From positions 1 to 27,132 of the IMG/VR virus record IMGVR_UViG_3300050821_006962: a stretch of 27,132 bases of DNA. One strand, given 5' to 3'. The DNA comes from a virus. Its lineage: Duplodnaviria; Heunggongvirae; Uroviricota; Caudoviricetes. The position numbers and the translations under genes were made by a program. The notes beneath the pieces were generated by a model. That model made no database searches. It was not told the origin of the DNA and was given only the letters and a program-made list of their open reading frames with translations. Positions 1 through 9,200 of this stretch are shown one piece after another; position 1 is the stretch's first letter, and every line of letters starts with the position of its first letter.

Positions 1-1802
1 TTATCTGCGGCTGCTTGTGCGTTGCGGAGAGCCTCTTCAATCTTGATGAGCTTAGCTTCCTTCTCGCGAAACTCTTGCACGTTCTCGATACCACGCTCGT
101 GATACGAGCCGTCGATGATATCGCGCACCTCGCTCACGGCCTGCGCAGCGCCCGCCTTATACGCGTCCGTGGTCGGCTTTGCGTTCGTGGCGTATTGCGG
201 TTTCGTTTCGTTGTTCAACCCTTGGCGAGTGTTCTCGCTCTCGAAAAGATTCGGAACGCGCTCTTGATAAATCGGCGCGCCATCAGTATCGGTGCCAATC
301 TGGTCGCGCTGCATCACACGGTCCAACACGTCCTTCTTGGCCTGCTCAACTTCTTCCGGGCTACCGAACTTGCCACGGTTGTCATCAAAGAACTGGTCTA
401 GTCGGTCTGAGATGCGGCCACGAAAGTCCGGGTGAACCGGAACGTTCTCATCCTTGGTTGCGCCAGCTTCGCGCTGCATGTGCGCTTCCTGCTGCTGGAG
501 ATGCTCCTCGATAGCGTCTGCAAAATCTTTCGGACTCTCGATGTCCGGGTTCGCGTTCACGATGGCTTGCAGGTCTTCGTTCGTATCACCGATGGTCTGC
601 TTAATCTCCGCAGCTCTCTTTGGCGTAACCTTCGCCGCACGCTGCACCGCTGTCTCAAAGTCGTTGGTTCTGCCAATCAGCGCTCCGGCCTTTTCTACGG
701 CCTGACCCGCTGTCTGCTTCACGGCCTTTGCGCCCGCCCTGACTCCCGCAGCCGCATTCGCGCCCATCGTCTGAGCCGTGTCACCCATCGCCGCCAAGGT
801 TTCTTTGGTTGACTCTGCTGCGTAGCTGGCAACTGGCTCTGCCCTTCCGGTCGCAGCATGATAAGCTGCCGCATACGATGCGTAGCCTTGTGCAGCCGCC
901 TCAGTCGCGTGAACGGTTGCGTCCCACTTGATTCGAGCTGCCGCGTCCGCATCGCCCGCTTTGACAGCCTCGTCGTAGTCCTTCTTAGCCTCGTACAGCC
1001 CCGGAATCGTCTGTCCGGCACCGATAGCCATCTGGCCCGCAAAGTACGCGGAAACAAGCCGTGGAGTCGCTGCAACGGTCTTTGCGAGAACGCCAAGCTG
1101 CGGCGAGACCGCAGCCGCCTCGGATACGAATCCAAGCCCTCCGGTGCCTGCCATAATCAAAGCGTTGTCTTCCGTGGTCAGCTGCCCGGTGAAGTGCAGC
1201 AAGCCGTAAAGAACCGGGTGCTCTTTTGCTTCCTGCCCGGTCATCAAGCGCTCCGGCGAGATTAGGCGGTTCTCGCCCTTTGCCTCATACTCGTGCGCGA
1301 AAATTTGCTCCGCGCGCTGCTGGCTGCGCAGATAATCGATTCCCTTCTTTGCCTCGTCCACAGTTTTCGGGACGTATCCGCCTGTGGTGCCCGGAAGCAC
1401 GGCCTTGTTCTTGATTGCCGCTTCGGCTTCCGCGTCGGTTGCAGCCGCAGGCTTCGGAATCTCTTTGTTCCAATCGATTCCCGCGAACGGCCCGGTCGTA
1501 TCCTTCTTCACGCCCATCGCGGTCAGCGCATCGTACGGCAGCCAGCCCGGTCCCGTGTTTTCCAAAATGGCGTTCTTGATACGATGAACGTCATTCATGA
1601 AAGGCCCAGCTACGTTCTGGTGGAACCAGCTCTCTTCCGGCTTCTGCTCCCCGACAGGAACGGACTTGCTCATATCGAGCTGAATGCCGCTGTCTGGCTG
1701 GGGCGCAGCTTGGGCACCTAGAGGAACTGACTTGCTCATGTCGAGCTGAATTCCTGCGTCCGGTGCAGCTGCTGGTGCCTGTGCTTGGTCTTCATTACTC
1801 AT
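1..1802 (-). CDS. Large ejection / internal virion protein (position of P22 gp16 or T7 gp16), 3'-truncated by the window edge, at least 600 aa; absent from the ORF track
   Basis: ATG at 1802 overlaps the upstream stop (ATGAGTAA). Hand translation gives MSNEDQAQAPAAAPDAGIQLDMSKSVP...EEALRNAQAAAD, with no stop found in the stretches read and the frame conserved to position 3. It is Ala-rich and helical, with a Gly/Ala hydrophobic stretch (NALIMAGTGGLGFVSEAAAV...AYFAGQMAIGAG). The product is inferred from synteny. Confidence 0.8.
   Translation of the reverse strand, partial: MSNEDQAQAPAAAPDAGIQLDMSKSVPLGAQAAPQPDSGIQLDMSKSVPVGEQKPEESWFHQNVAGPFMNDVHRIKNAILENTGPGWLPYDALTAMGVKKDTTGPFAGIDWNKEIPKPAAATDAEAEAAIKNKAVLPGTTGGYVPKTVDEAKKGIDYLRSQQRAEQIFAHEYEAKGENRLISPERLMTGQEAKEHPVLYGLLHFTGQLTTEDNALIMAGTGGLGFVSEAAAVSPQLGVLAKTVAATPRLVSAYFAGQMAIGAGQTIPGLYEAKKDYDEAVKAGDADAAARIKWDATVHATEAAAQGYASYAAAYHAATGRAEPVASYAAESTKETLAAMGDTAQTMGANAAAGVRAGAKAVKQTAGQAVEKAGALIGRTNDFETAVQRAAKVTPKRAAEIKQTIGDTNEDLQAIVNANPDIESPKDFADAIEEHLQQQEAHMQREAGATKDENVPVHPDFRGRISDRLDQFFDDNRGKFGSPEEVEQAKKDVLDRVMQRDQIGTDTDGAPIYQERVPNLFESENTRQGLNNETKPQYATNAKPTTDAYKAGAAQAVSEVRDIIDGSYHERGIENVQEFREKEAKLIKIEEALRNAQAAAD
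1656..1754 (-). repeat. Two 33-nt direct repeats (66-nt period) encoding GIQLDMSKSVP twice
   Basis: Plus strand 1656-1688 AGGAACGGACTTGCTCATATCGAGCTGAATGCC versus 1722-1754 AGGAACTGACTTGCTCATGTCGAGCTGAATTCC; 3 mismatches, all synonymous. Confidence 0.95.
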
Positions 1803-4065
1803 TTGGAAGCTCGCCTGCCTTCACTTCTCTAATTACCTTGCCTGCCGCATCGTGCCAGTACATCTTGTTCGTCTTCGGGTCCGGTGCCGCGCCCGTTGCG
1901 TTCGGCACGTCCGCCGGACGCGAGAATCCTATTTTCGCTGGCTGTCCCGGCTGCTGCTTACCGCCGCCGCTTTGAACGTAATCGAGCGAGCGCTTTGCTT
2001 CCGGCCCAAGCAGGGTCGGAACCTTAATTGATGCAGACGGCGCGCGGTCGTTGAACTCTCGCTGAACTTCATCAATCTTGTTACCCATCAGTCTAGATGC
2101 TTCCACGATACGCTCTCTCTTCATAGCCGGAGTCAGAGCAGTGAACGTGGTTCCTAGCAATGCCTTTCTAACTTCATCTGCTTCCGCTTGAGTCAATACG
2201 CCCGCAGCGACCGCGTTACCGAATTCGCGAGTAACCTGCGACATATCAAGTTCACGGTCCTGATAAGCCTGACTCAACGGATTCATGACGCCTTCCGCTG
2301 TGGTGTTGTCATACAGTCGCTTCATGTGCGAAAGAGCAACGTTGTATGCTTGAGCCTTCTTATGGTCCGTACCCGAAATGGTAAACTCTTGCACGGCCTT
2401 CGGCCAGTTTGCGCCTTTCTCGGCGTTAAAATCTGGGAACGCAGCGAACACATCATCCGCGAGCTGATTCGGCTTGCCCGCAGTGCTGCGCTCGAACGCG
2501 TTCGGATTCACTGGCAAACGACCATCCGCAATCGCTCTCACTAGGTTCGAACGGCCCGGAGGAAGAGTTTTGAGATACGCGTCGCCTGATAGCCCGTTCG
2601 GGTTGTTGTCAATCTGCGCAGCCTTTGTCTTCGCATCCTGCTCATTTACAGCGAGGTCAATCTTGCGCTGGTCTTCGGCCTTTTGAATATTCTGCGCCAT
2701 ATCCTTCGCGCGGCGAGCCTGTTGAATTACTACGGGGTCCTTGCTGGTTGAAAGAATGTCATCGGCCATTCCGATAACCGATTCGGTGTGGCCTTGAATC
2801 TTTGATGGGTCGCTCAAATATTCCGCAACCGAGCCGTTCGCGGCTTTCTGTTCCTTGTTGAATTCATCGCGCTGCTTCTGGGTGATAGCCTGCGAGTCGA
2901 GAGTCGCCAGCTTCGCGCGCTCTGCTTGCACCGCTGCGATACCTTTATTTGCGGCATCCAGCGCCTGCTGGTTGTTCGATGCCTTCGCGGCAGCCGCTTG
3001 CGCCTGATACACCGATAGGTGGTCATCCGCATTCTTCATGTGGGCCACGATTCCTGCGTACGCGCTGCCGGGAACTTCAGAGATAGCCGAAGTCACGGTC
3101 GGGTCGCTCAACAGCGGACGGAGCGTATCGATTGTGTCTTGCGACATCTCTTTGCCGTTCGTGTTATTCAAAATGCTGACCGCGCTGCGAGTCGCCACGA
3201 GCTTCTGATTCAGCGCGTTGTCTTGCATCATTGTCAGCTTCGTGCCGACCGGGTAGTTCATTCCGAGATATTTCTTGTAGTCGGCTGCCGCAGTCTGGTC
3301 GACCGTCCCGGTGACCGTGCTGCCGTCCTTGGACGCGATGCTCATGACGGTGAAAACTGGCTTCATGACCGGGCGTCCCGAGTCCTTCTCCAAGACCTCG
3401 TTGCCGGATGCGTCTGTTACCGGAACCTCTCCGGTCGCGCGCGCCAAGTACTTTTGAGCGAACGTCTTGTCGTTCTTCATGCGGTCGGCCAGCTCTTCCT
3501 GTGAGACGCCATCTTCTTGGTCGTTCGATTCCTTGTATGCTTGGAAGAACTTCTGGTTGCCTTCGTGAAACTGCTGACGGTGCTCTAAATCCTGTTGATA
3601 AAAGTTGCGGTGCATCGCAATATTTTCCGCCTGCGATTTTGCGAGCAGCACATCATCCTTCTTTTTCTGCTCCAGACGCTGTCTGCGAGCGTTCGCGGTG
3701 TTCGCCAACCCGCTCAGCCAGCCACCTTTGGTATCCGATGCATGGGCCGCGTCGCTCAGCGTATCAGAAAAGTTATCGAATGCGCCACTTAGCTTGTCGC
3801 CAAAACTTCCCGGGTTCGGGGTCGGTCGGTCTTGCGCAGGTGCGGTCTTCTGTGCTTCCGCAGCCTTTGCCTTTTGTGCTACCGGAGAATTTTGTGCGAT
3901 GGTCGCTGTGTGCTTCAAAAAGGCTTGCGCAACAGCGGTCGCCAAATCCGGCGCGCCTTGGAGAATCGGCGCAACCGCCGCGCCTGCTGATGTATTTGGC
4001 GCTGGCTGTTGCTGGTCTTGCAGTTCCGGATTGTTCAAATCTGTTGAGGGTGCGTCGAATGCCAT
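1795..4065 (-). CDS. Ejection / DNA transfer protein (position of P22 gp20 or T7 gp15), 756 aa
   Basis: Long Ala/Gln-rich helical ORF with SD AAGGA upstream; it is the middle of three ORFs after the GNAT-like gene. Function is inferred from position and composition. Confidence 0.7.
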   Translation of the reverse strand: MAFDAPSTDLNNPELQDQQQPAPNTSAGAAVAPILQGAPDLATAVAQAFLKHTATIAQNSPVAQKAKAAEAQKTAPAQDRPTPNPGSFGDKLSGAFDNFSDTLSDAAHASDTKGGWLSGLANTANARRQRLEQKKKDDVLLAKSQAENIAMHRNFYQQDLEHRQQFHEGNQKFFQAYKESNDQEDGVSQEELADRMKNDKTFAQKYLARATGEVPVTDASGNEVLEKDSGRPVMKPVFTVMSIASKDGSTVTGTVDQTAAADYKKYLGMNYPVGTKLTMMQDNALNQKLVATRSAVSILNNTNGKEMSQDTIDTLRPLLSDPTVTSAISEVPGSAYAGIVAHMKNADDHLSVYQAQAAAAKASNNQQALDAANKGIAAVQAERAKLATLDSQAITQKQRDEFNKEQKAANGSVAEYLSDPSKIQGHTESVIGMADDILSTSKDPVVIQQARRAKDMAQNIQKAEDQRKIDLAVNEQDAKTKAAQIDNNPNGLSGDAYLKTLPPGRSNLVRAIADGRLPVNPNAFERSTAGKPNQLADDVFAAFPDFNAEKGANWPKAVQEFTISGTDHKKAQAYNVALSHMKRLYDNTTAEGVMNPLSQAYQDRELDMSQVTREFGNAVAAGVLTQAEADEVRKALLGTTFTALTPAMKRERIVEASRLMGNKIDEVQREFNDRAPSASIKVPTLLGPEAKRSLDYVQSGGGKQQPGQPAKIGFSRPADVPNATGAAPDPKTNKMYWHDAAGKVIREVKAGELPNE

Positions 4066-4086
4066 CGATTTAATCCTTAAAACTTC

Positions 4087-4115
4087 AGTATATCAGAGAA
4101 GGGTTGAAAAGTCAA
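4087..4115 (-). promoter_or_regulatory. sigma70-type promoter TTGACT-N17-TATACT with extended -10 (TGn)
   Basis: Minus strand reads TTGACT TTTCAACCCTTCTCTGA TATACT. The -35 is at 4110-4115 and the -10 at 4087-4092, in the only sizeable gap of the tail/ejection block, 21 nt before the ATG at 4065. Confidence 0.75.
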
Positions 4116-4121
4116 GAAAAA

Positions 4122-4793
4122 TTAGATGCCGCCAAGGAAGTTCATAATCTGTTCCCCGCCGCTGCTTCCGCCTGTGGTGTCAAGATTACCTATGCCGCCC
4201 ACTACGCCGCCAGCGAGCGCTTCCACGCCGCCCGCAATCATCTGGTCTTCTTGCTGCTGCTGTTGCTGAATTGTGCTGGCTTCTCCGAATGAGGTCTTAT
4301 TAGCCTCGATGCCCGCGTTTGCCGCCGCGTTCGGGCTGTAACCCGCTGCGAGCTGGTCCATGCCGCCTTCGGCGCGGAAGTAGTTCTCTCGGCCTGTGGC
4401 ATAATTTTCAGCTGTAATGTTGTTCTGGGCTGTTGCGAGATTATTTTCCGCCGATGATGCGACCGCCGTCTTCAACTGGGCATCCACGCCGCTGAGAATT
4501 CCGGTTCCGCCGCCACCGCCTCGTCCGGCTGTGAAGTTCCCCACTGCTTGCGCCGCGTTGCGGCTTGCTGCTCCCGCGTTATTGATTGCCGCAGTATTGC
4601 GCGCGGCAAGCTCAGCCGCCGAGAAGCCTTGCTGATTCGGTCCCGCAGCTAGAATCGGAGACAGCGAACTCTTAATCGAGTTCAGCACGTCGAGCTGATT
4701 ACCGAAGAGCGTGCTATAATTCCCTTGCAGCAAAGAAGAGAAACTTTGACTCATCTGCTGCAAAGATTTTTCTGATGAACTTGGTCCGCACAT
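4122..4793 (-). CDS. Small ejection / DNA transfer protein (P22 gp7 or T7 gp14-like position), 223 aa
   Basis: Starts MCGP, as podoviral small ejection proteins often start MC. Rich in Ala/Gly/Gln/Asn, with a Gly-rich hydrophobic C-terminus (MIAGGVEALAGGVVGGIG); follows the GNAT-like gene. Confidence 0.7.
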   Translation of the reverse strand: MCGPSSSEKSLQQMSQSFSSLLQGNYSTLFGNQLDVLNSIKSSLSPILAAGPNQQGFSAAELAARNTAAINNAGAASRNAAQAVGNFTAGRGGGGGTGILSGVDAQLKTAVASSAENNLATAQNNITAENYATGRENYFRAEGGMDQLAAGYSPNAAANAGIEANKTSFGEASTIQQQQQQEDQMIAGGVEALAGGVVGGIGNLDTTGGSSGGEQIMNFLGGI

Positions 4794-5201
4794 TTATTTC
4801 GTTTCCTCAAAATCCAATCGGTAATCACTCTGACCGATTGATTTGAATCCTAATTTACTCATGAAAGCAACCAAACTCGGGTTGACCGAATTGAAAATCA
4901 ATCCCTTCTTGTCCAGCTCGCGGTAATACACAATGAGAGTCTCGACCGCGTCAATCATTCCCGCCACGAGTCTGCGTTTCGAAACGACCGAGGTCGGCGC
5001 GAACTGAGTATGAATACGAACGTACTCGCCTTCCGCATCCAATCGAACGTAAGTCAAAGGGCCTTTGGTGTCTGTCAAACAGAAGGCGAGCAAGCTGCCT
5101 TCTCCCAACCACCACTGCGCCTGTCCTTGGTGAAAGTGATATGGGTCGGAGAGCGCCCACGCTTTGATTTGTTCGATATCCGCCGATGGCTCAAATCTCA
5201 T
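4794..5201 (-). CDS. GNAT acetyltransferase-like virion assembly protein (T7 gp13-like position), 135 aa
   Basis: C-terminal LIFNSVNPSLVAFMSKLGFK resembles the GNAT motif N..a..f..klGF; lies between tail and ejection genes; start overlaps the upstream stop as TAATG. Confidence 0.55.
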   Translation of the reverse strand: MRFEPSADIEQIKAWALSDPYHFHQGQAQWWLGEGSLLAFCLTDTKGPLTYVRLDAEGEYVRIHTQFAPTSVVSKRRLVAGMIDAVETLIVYYRELDKKGLIFNSVNPSLVAFMSKLGFKSIGQSDYRLDFEETK

Positions 5202-6298
5202 TAAAAATCCTGCTGCGCGTACATGTATTGAAAATTTACATTAGCAGTGGTTCCGCCGACTGTTTTATTCATGAGAGAAAAAAGCGGGAACCAATTTAGC
5301 CCGGTCGGGTTCTTTCCGCTGATAGAGCCTGCGACTACGCCGTCAATCAAAAACGTAGCGGTGTTCGCCGTGTCATTCAGGTCTATTTCAAAATCGTGAG
5401 TAGCGGTGTCCGGCGTCCCTGTCAATAAAATCGAAGTAAGAACGCCTGCGTTGTAAATAACGCCCTTCCACACCCCGAAATCCGAAAGAATGGCGGCAAC
5501 GTTAACTACTCCAATGGTTGGTCTCAAGTCGCTTTGGTCCGAAAAACCGCACCAAACTTGAGAAGCTGAGATATCTCCAGCGGTAGGGAATCTGCTTCTT
5601 GCCTGATACTTGTTATTTCTTCCGGCCCTAAAAATTTTCGAGTTGACCGGAAACCAAGTAAATAGCGCATTACCCGTGCCCGCGCCCGTGGTTATCTGTT
5701 GAAACACGCCTTCGGACGCTGTTGGCAACGAGCCTGCGCCCGACAGAGCGCCTGTCCCCGCGCTTTGTGTTTGGGTTGAGGCATCTCCGATTGTTTGAAG
5801 ACTGGTCGTTCCGACGATGGCACGAGACATGAAGGTTAACGCGGTATTCGGAAGAGGCCACTGGGCTACTTGAGTTTGAGATGTCGCAGAGAATGTTTTA
5901 TTTCCAGCGTTATCAACGGTGATACTTATACCTGTGCCCGGGACCGCGTTCTGAACCTCTTGATTCGGGTCCTTGATTCCGTTCGTTTCAAACAACACGC
6001 CCGGACCTTCGACAATCTGAGTCTGTTTAATGATGCTCTGAGACGCCGAATTTGCCGCCGCAATGCTCGATGGTTGAGGAGGCTGAATTCTGAAAGATGG
6101 AACATCCCCGCCAATCTTGCTTGCAGCTATGTCGGTGTTGAGACCGAGCGTCATCGACGAGACTGCGCCGCTGGCGAATCTGTCGATGGGAATAGACGGA
6201 CCCGGCGCGCCCGCAGGCTCTGGTCGCGGGCCGACCTCGGCCCAACCTTCCGGAATCTCGAAATCCTTTTCGTTGGTTAAGAAATCCTGATTTGCCAT
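5201..6298 (-). CDS. Tail fibre / needle-position protein with C-terminal lectin-like beta-sandwich, 365 aa
   Basis: Directly follows the tail tube gene via TAATG. Pro-rich N-terminus, fibre-like linker (LFETNG..NQEVQNAVPGTGISITVD) and a beta-rich C-terminal domain (THDFEIDLNDTANTATFLIDGVVAGSI). Confidence 0.55.
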   Translation of the reverse strand: MANQDFLTNEKDFEIPEGWAEVGPRPEPAGAPGPSIPIDRFASGAVSSMTLGLNTDIAASKIGGDVPSFRIQPPQPSSIAAANSASQSIIKQTQIVEGPGVLFETNGIKDPNQEVQNAVPGTGISITVDNAGNKTFSATSQTQVAQWPLPNTALTFMSRAIVGTTSLQTIGDASTQTQSAGTGALSGAGSLPTASEGVFQQITTGAGTGNALFTWFPVNSKIFRAGRNNKYQARSRFPTAGDISASQVWCGFSDQSDLRPTIGVVNVAAILSDFGVWKGVIYNAGVLTSILLTGTPDTATHDFEIDLNDTANTATFLIDGVVAGSISGKNPTGLNWFPLFSLMNKTVGGTTANVNFQYMYAQQDF

Positions 6299-9200
6299 TA
6301 CATCGCCTTCAAAACGGTTCCGTTGATTGTCAAGTTATAAATCATGTCCGGATTTGGCGTGGTGCCGAAGTCGACCTTCACGGTCAGATAAATCGCGCGC
6401 GCCAGTGAGCCGACGCCCGCAAAGTAGTAGCGGTTCGGGCTGTAGCTCGTCGGCGATAAGGTTGCGCCATACAAAGTCGGCGGGTCGAACTGAGGCGCAA
6501 GAGTAAACGGCGTGAACGTGCTCGTGTTACTGAATGCCTCATTGAGCAAGAAAGAAACCATTGGCTTATAAGCTACGCCAGAAAAGTCTGCTTCCAAGAA
6601 TCGAAGGATTGCGAGTTCGCCGCGACGAGCCAGCGTAAAAGTTCCCTGAATGAAGTACGCATCATACTGGGTGCCGTTGTCGGTAAACACGGTCACATCG
6701 CGCTTCAAAACAGACTGACCGCCTGTTGTTGCGCCTACCAAGAGTTTCTTGATGCCCGGAGATGTCTCGACGGTCGTGACCATCTTGCAGCCGTTGGTGA
6801 TTGCTGCGAAAGGCGACCAAATAGGTTCTGTGCCGTTGACCGAGCCGTTCTGCTGGCGCGGATTCAAGCGGTACCATCCGGTCGACCCGTCTGCCAATGC
6901 AATCATGTTGTCATTGCCGCTTTGCAGAACGGCAAGATACACAAGAGACGGATTCCACGTCGCATCTTGTACGCCAGAAATCGCCTGATTTATCAGCTCG
7001 TCTTCAATCGGGAACCCGGCGTTCGTCAAGGTCAGGTTGGGAGACAGAACACGCAGCACGCTATCAGAACCGAAGAAAAAGATTTCGCCAGCGAATACGT
7101 CCAGAGCGTTCCAGCTCAGCATGCCGACTCCGCGCACAAGCGTGTACGTGAAGAAGCTCGCCGTTGATGGGCCTCCCGCAATAACCTCGATGCTTGATGG
7201 CGTGAAGACGACCAACACCGAACCAATCTTGACGGCGCGGGTCGGGTTCGCCAAAAACGTGAACTCGTCGGCTGCGTTGAATGAAGTGTTAGGATTGCCG
7301 ACCAAAGTGTCGGGACCGCCGCTGAATATGACTTCGTTTCCGCTGATACCCCAAATGCGGTCAAAGTTATATTCTTGAGGACGGAAGTTCGACGGTGCCG
7401 GATTATTGACGCCATCAATCGGCGCAGGAAGCAAGATGTTCAATCCCGGATACGTCACACCCGCAATCGTCGATGGCACATCCGGCAAGAAGTCGCGGAA
7501 CGACCACGTTCCGGGACCTCCGTTCGGAAGGTTCGGAATTTCTGTCAACTCGAACATATTCGAGCTTCCGCCGCCATCCGCAGAGCGCCAGATGACGATT
7601 GTGTCTACCGCAGGATTGGTCGATACCGGACCTGAAATTGTGAGCACCGCGCCGGGGTCTGGGCCTGTTGGCGTAACCGTCGCAGGTGATGCACTCGATA
7701 CGTCGCCCGTCAAACTGCCTGTTGGGAATGGTAGCGGCGCAGATAGGCCGGGAGGAATCGGCGGCTGAGAAGTGCCTGCCACATCCACGGTATAAAAATC
7801 GGTCAAGGAGCGAGACTTGTACGAATATGCATACGAATATCCCTTCGTGAACGCCAGCGACTGAGTGCTGAATGCAGTCTCATTGAACCAAATCAATCCG
7901 TTCGAAGCTACACCCGCGTGAGTCTCGTTCACCTGAGATGTGGTTGCAACGGTGAACGTTGTGCTGTTCGCCGTTAGCGCAACCACGTAGCCATTGTTTC
8001 CGGCATTTGTGAATCCTGTGATAATGAGCTGCTGTCCGGCAAGCCCGCTCAAACCAGTTCCGGTGTAAGTCGTTGTGCCGCCACTGACCGAGACTTGGCT
8101 GAGAGTAAATGTCGTACCGTTGTCATCGGTGTAGTTTCCAATCGCAGGCCATGTAGGCTGAACCGCGCCGCTTAACCCGCTGTTGATAACAAACTCAACG
8201 TCGGACGGAACTCTGTTGTCTACGATGGATGCACCACCGAACGGTGTTGCGCCCGTCGGAGGAAAGAAGCCTTGTGCAGGCAGATACCACTTCGTCGCTG
8301 TGGCCCACGTTACGCCGTCTCCGACGTTAACCCAAGTCAGTCCGCTGGTCTCAACTGTGGTCTTGCCGTATCCCGGATTGAATGTTGGCACCGAGCCGTT
8401 TGAAATTCCGCCGACGATGCAAACATAAAACGCGTGGGTGAGCGTATCATAAATTGCAGAGAATACAGTGTTGTTGGCCGTCCACGGCGTATACACGGTT
8501 GTCGCAGCCCACGTATAAGAACCGAGGCTCATCCAAATCAGGTCGCCGTCGTCTACGAGATTTCCCGCAGCTACTCCAACCGTGCCGAAAGGCGTGTATC
8601 CTGAACCTGATGTGCCGCCGCCGGATGCTTGGAAATACAGAACATTAGGAGATACCGGAAGACCGTTCTGCAACCCCGATGGCTCAACGATGGCCGTTGC
8701 CGCATCATTGTTGGTGACCGTTCCGATAAGAGGATATGCCGTGCTCGGGAGCCACGGTGCAAGGCCCGCATTACTGATGCCCGGACCAACCCAAATCCAA
8801 ACACAGCCTCCATCATTGGTGTGCTGGCCTAGAGCTTTCTTAAATGTCGGAACTGTGTTTCCACTTACCCCGCTCGTGTTCGCGCTCGACTGCACGTATG
8901 CAGCCTTCGTAACCGGGTCATAAACGATGCACGGATTCGTCGCCGTTCCGCCAACCGTCGCGTTATTATAAGTCGTATGTGCGGTCCAAGCAACGATAGG
9001 ACCCTTGTTAGTCCACGTGATGCTGCCGCCGCCTGTCGTGTCTGAAGTGGTGCCACCCGGAGTCTGATTCCAGTGCGGTTGACCGCTGCCTGATGTTCCA
9101 AACTGCGTCGTATTCGTGGTCGAGGCATTAACTGATTGAAGCTGCCACATGTCTCCGGTGCCGGAATCGAAAATCAATCCCATCGTAGAGAACATTGTCG

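Noticed and set aside
1656-1754. CRISPR-like repeat-spacer-repeat (33-nt repeats, 33-nt spacer)
   Set aside because: Only two copies, in frame inside a gene, differing at synonymous positions; no cas genes.
1-4065. Tape measure protein
   Set aside because: No tail tube/chaperone frameshift pair or siphoviral baseplate genes; the order adaptor, nozzle, GNAT-like, three helical ORFs fits podoviral ejection proteins better.
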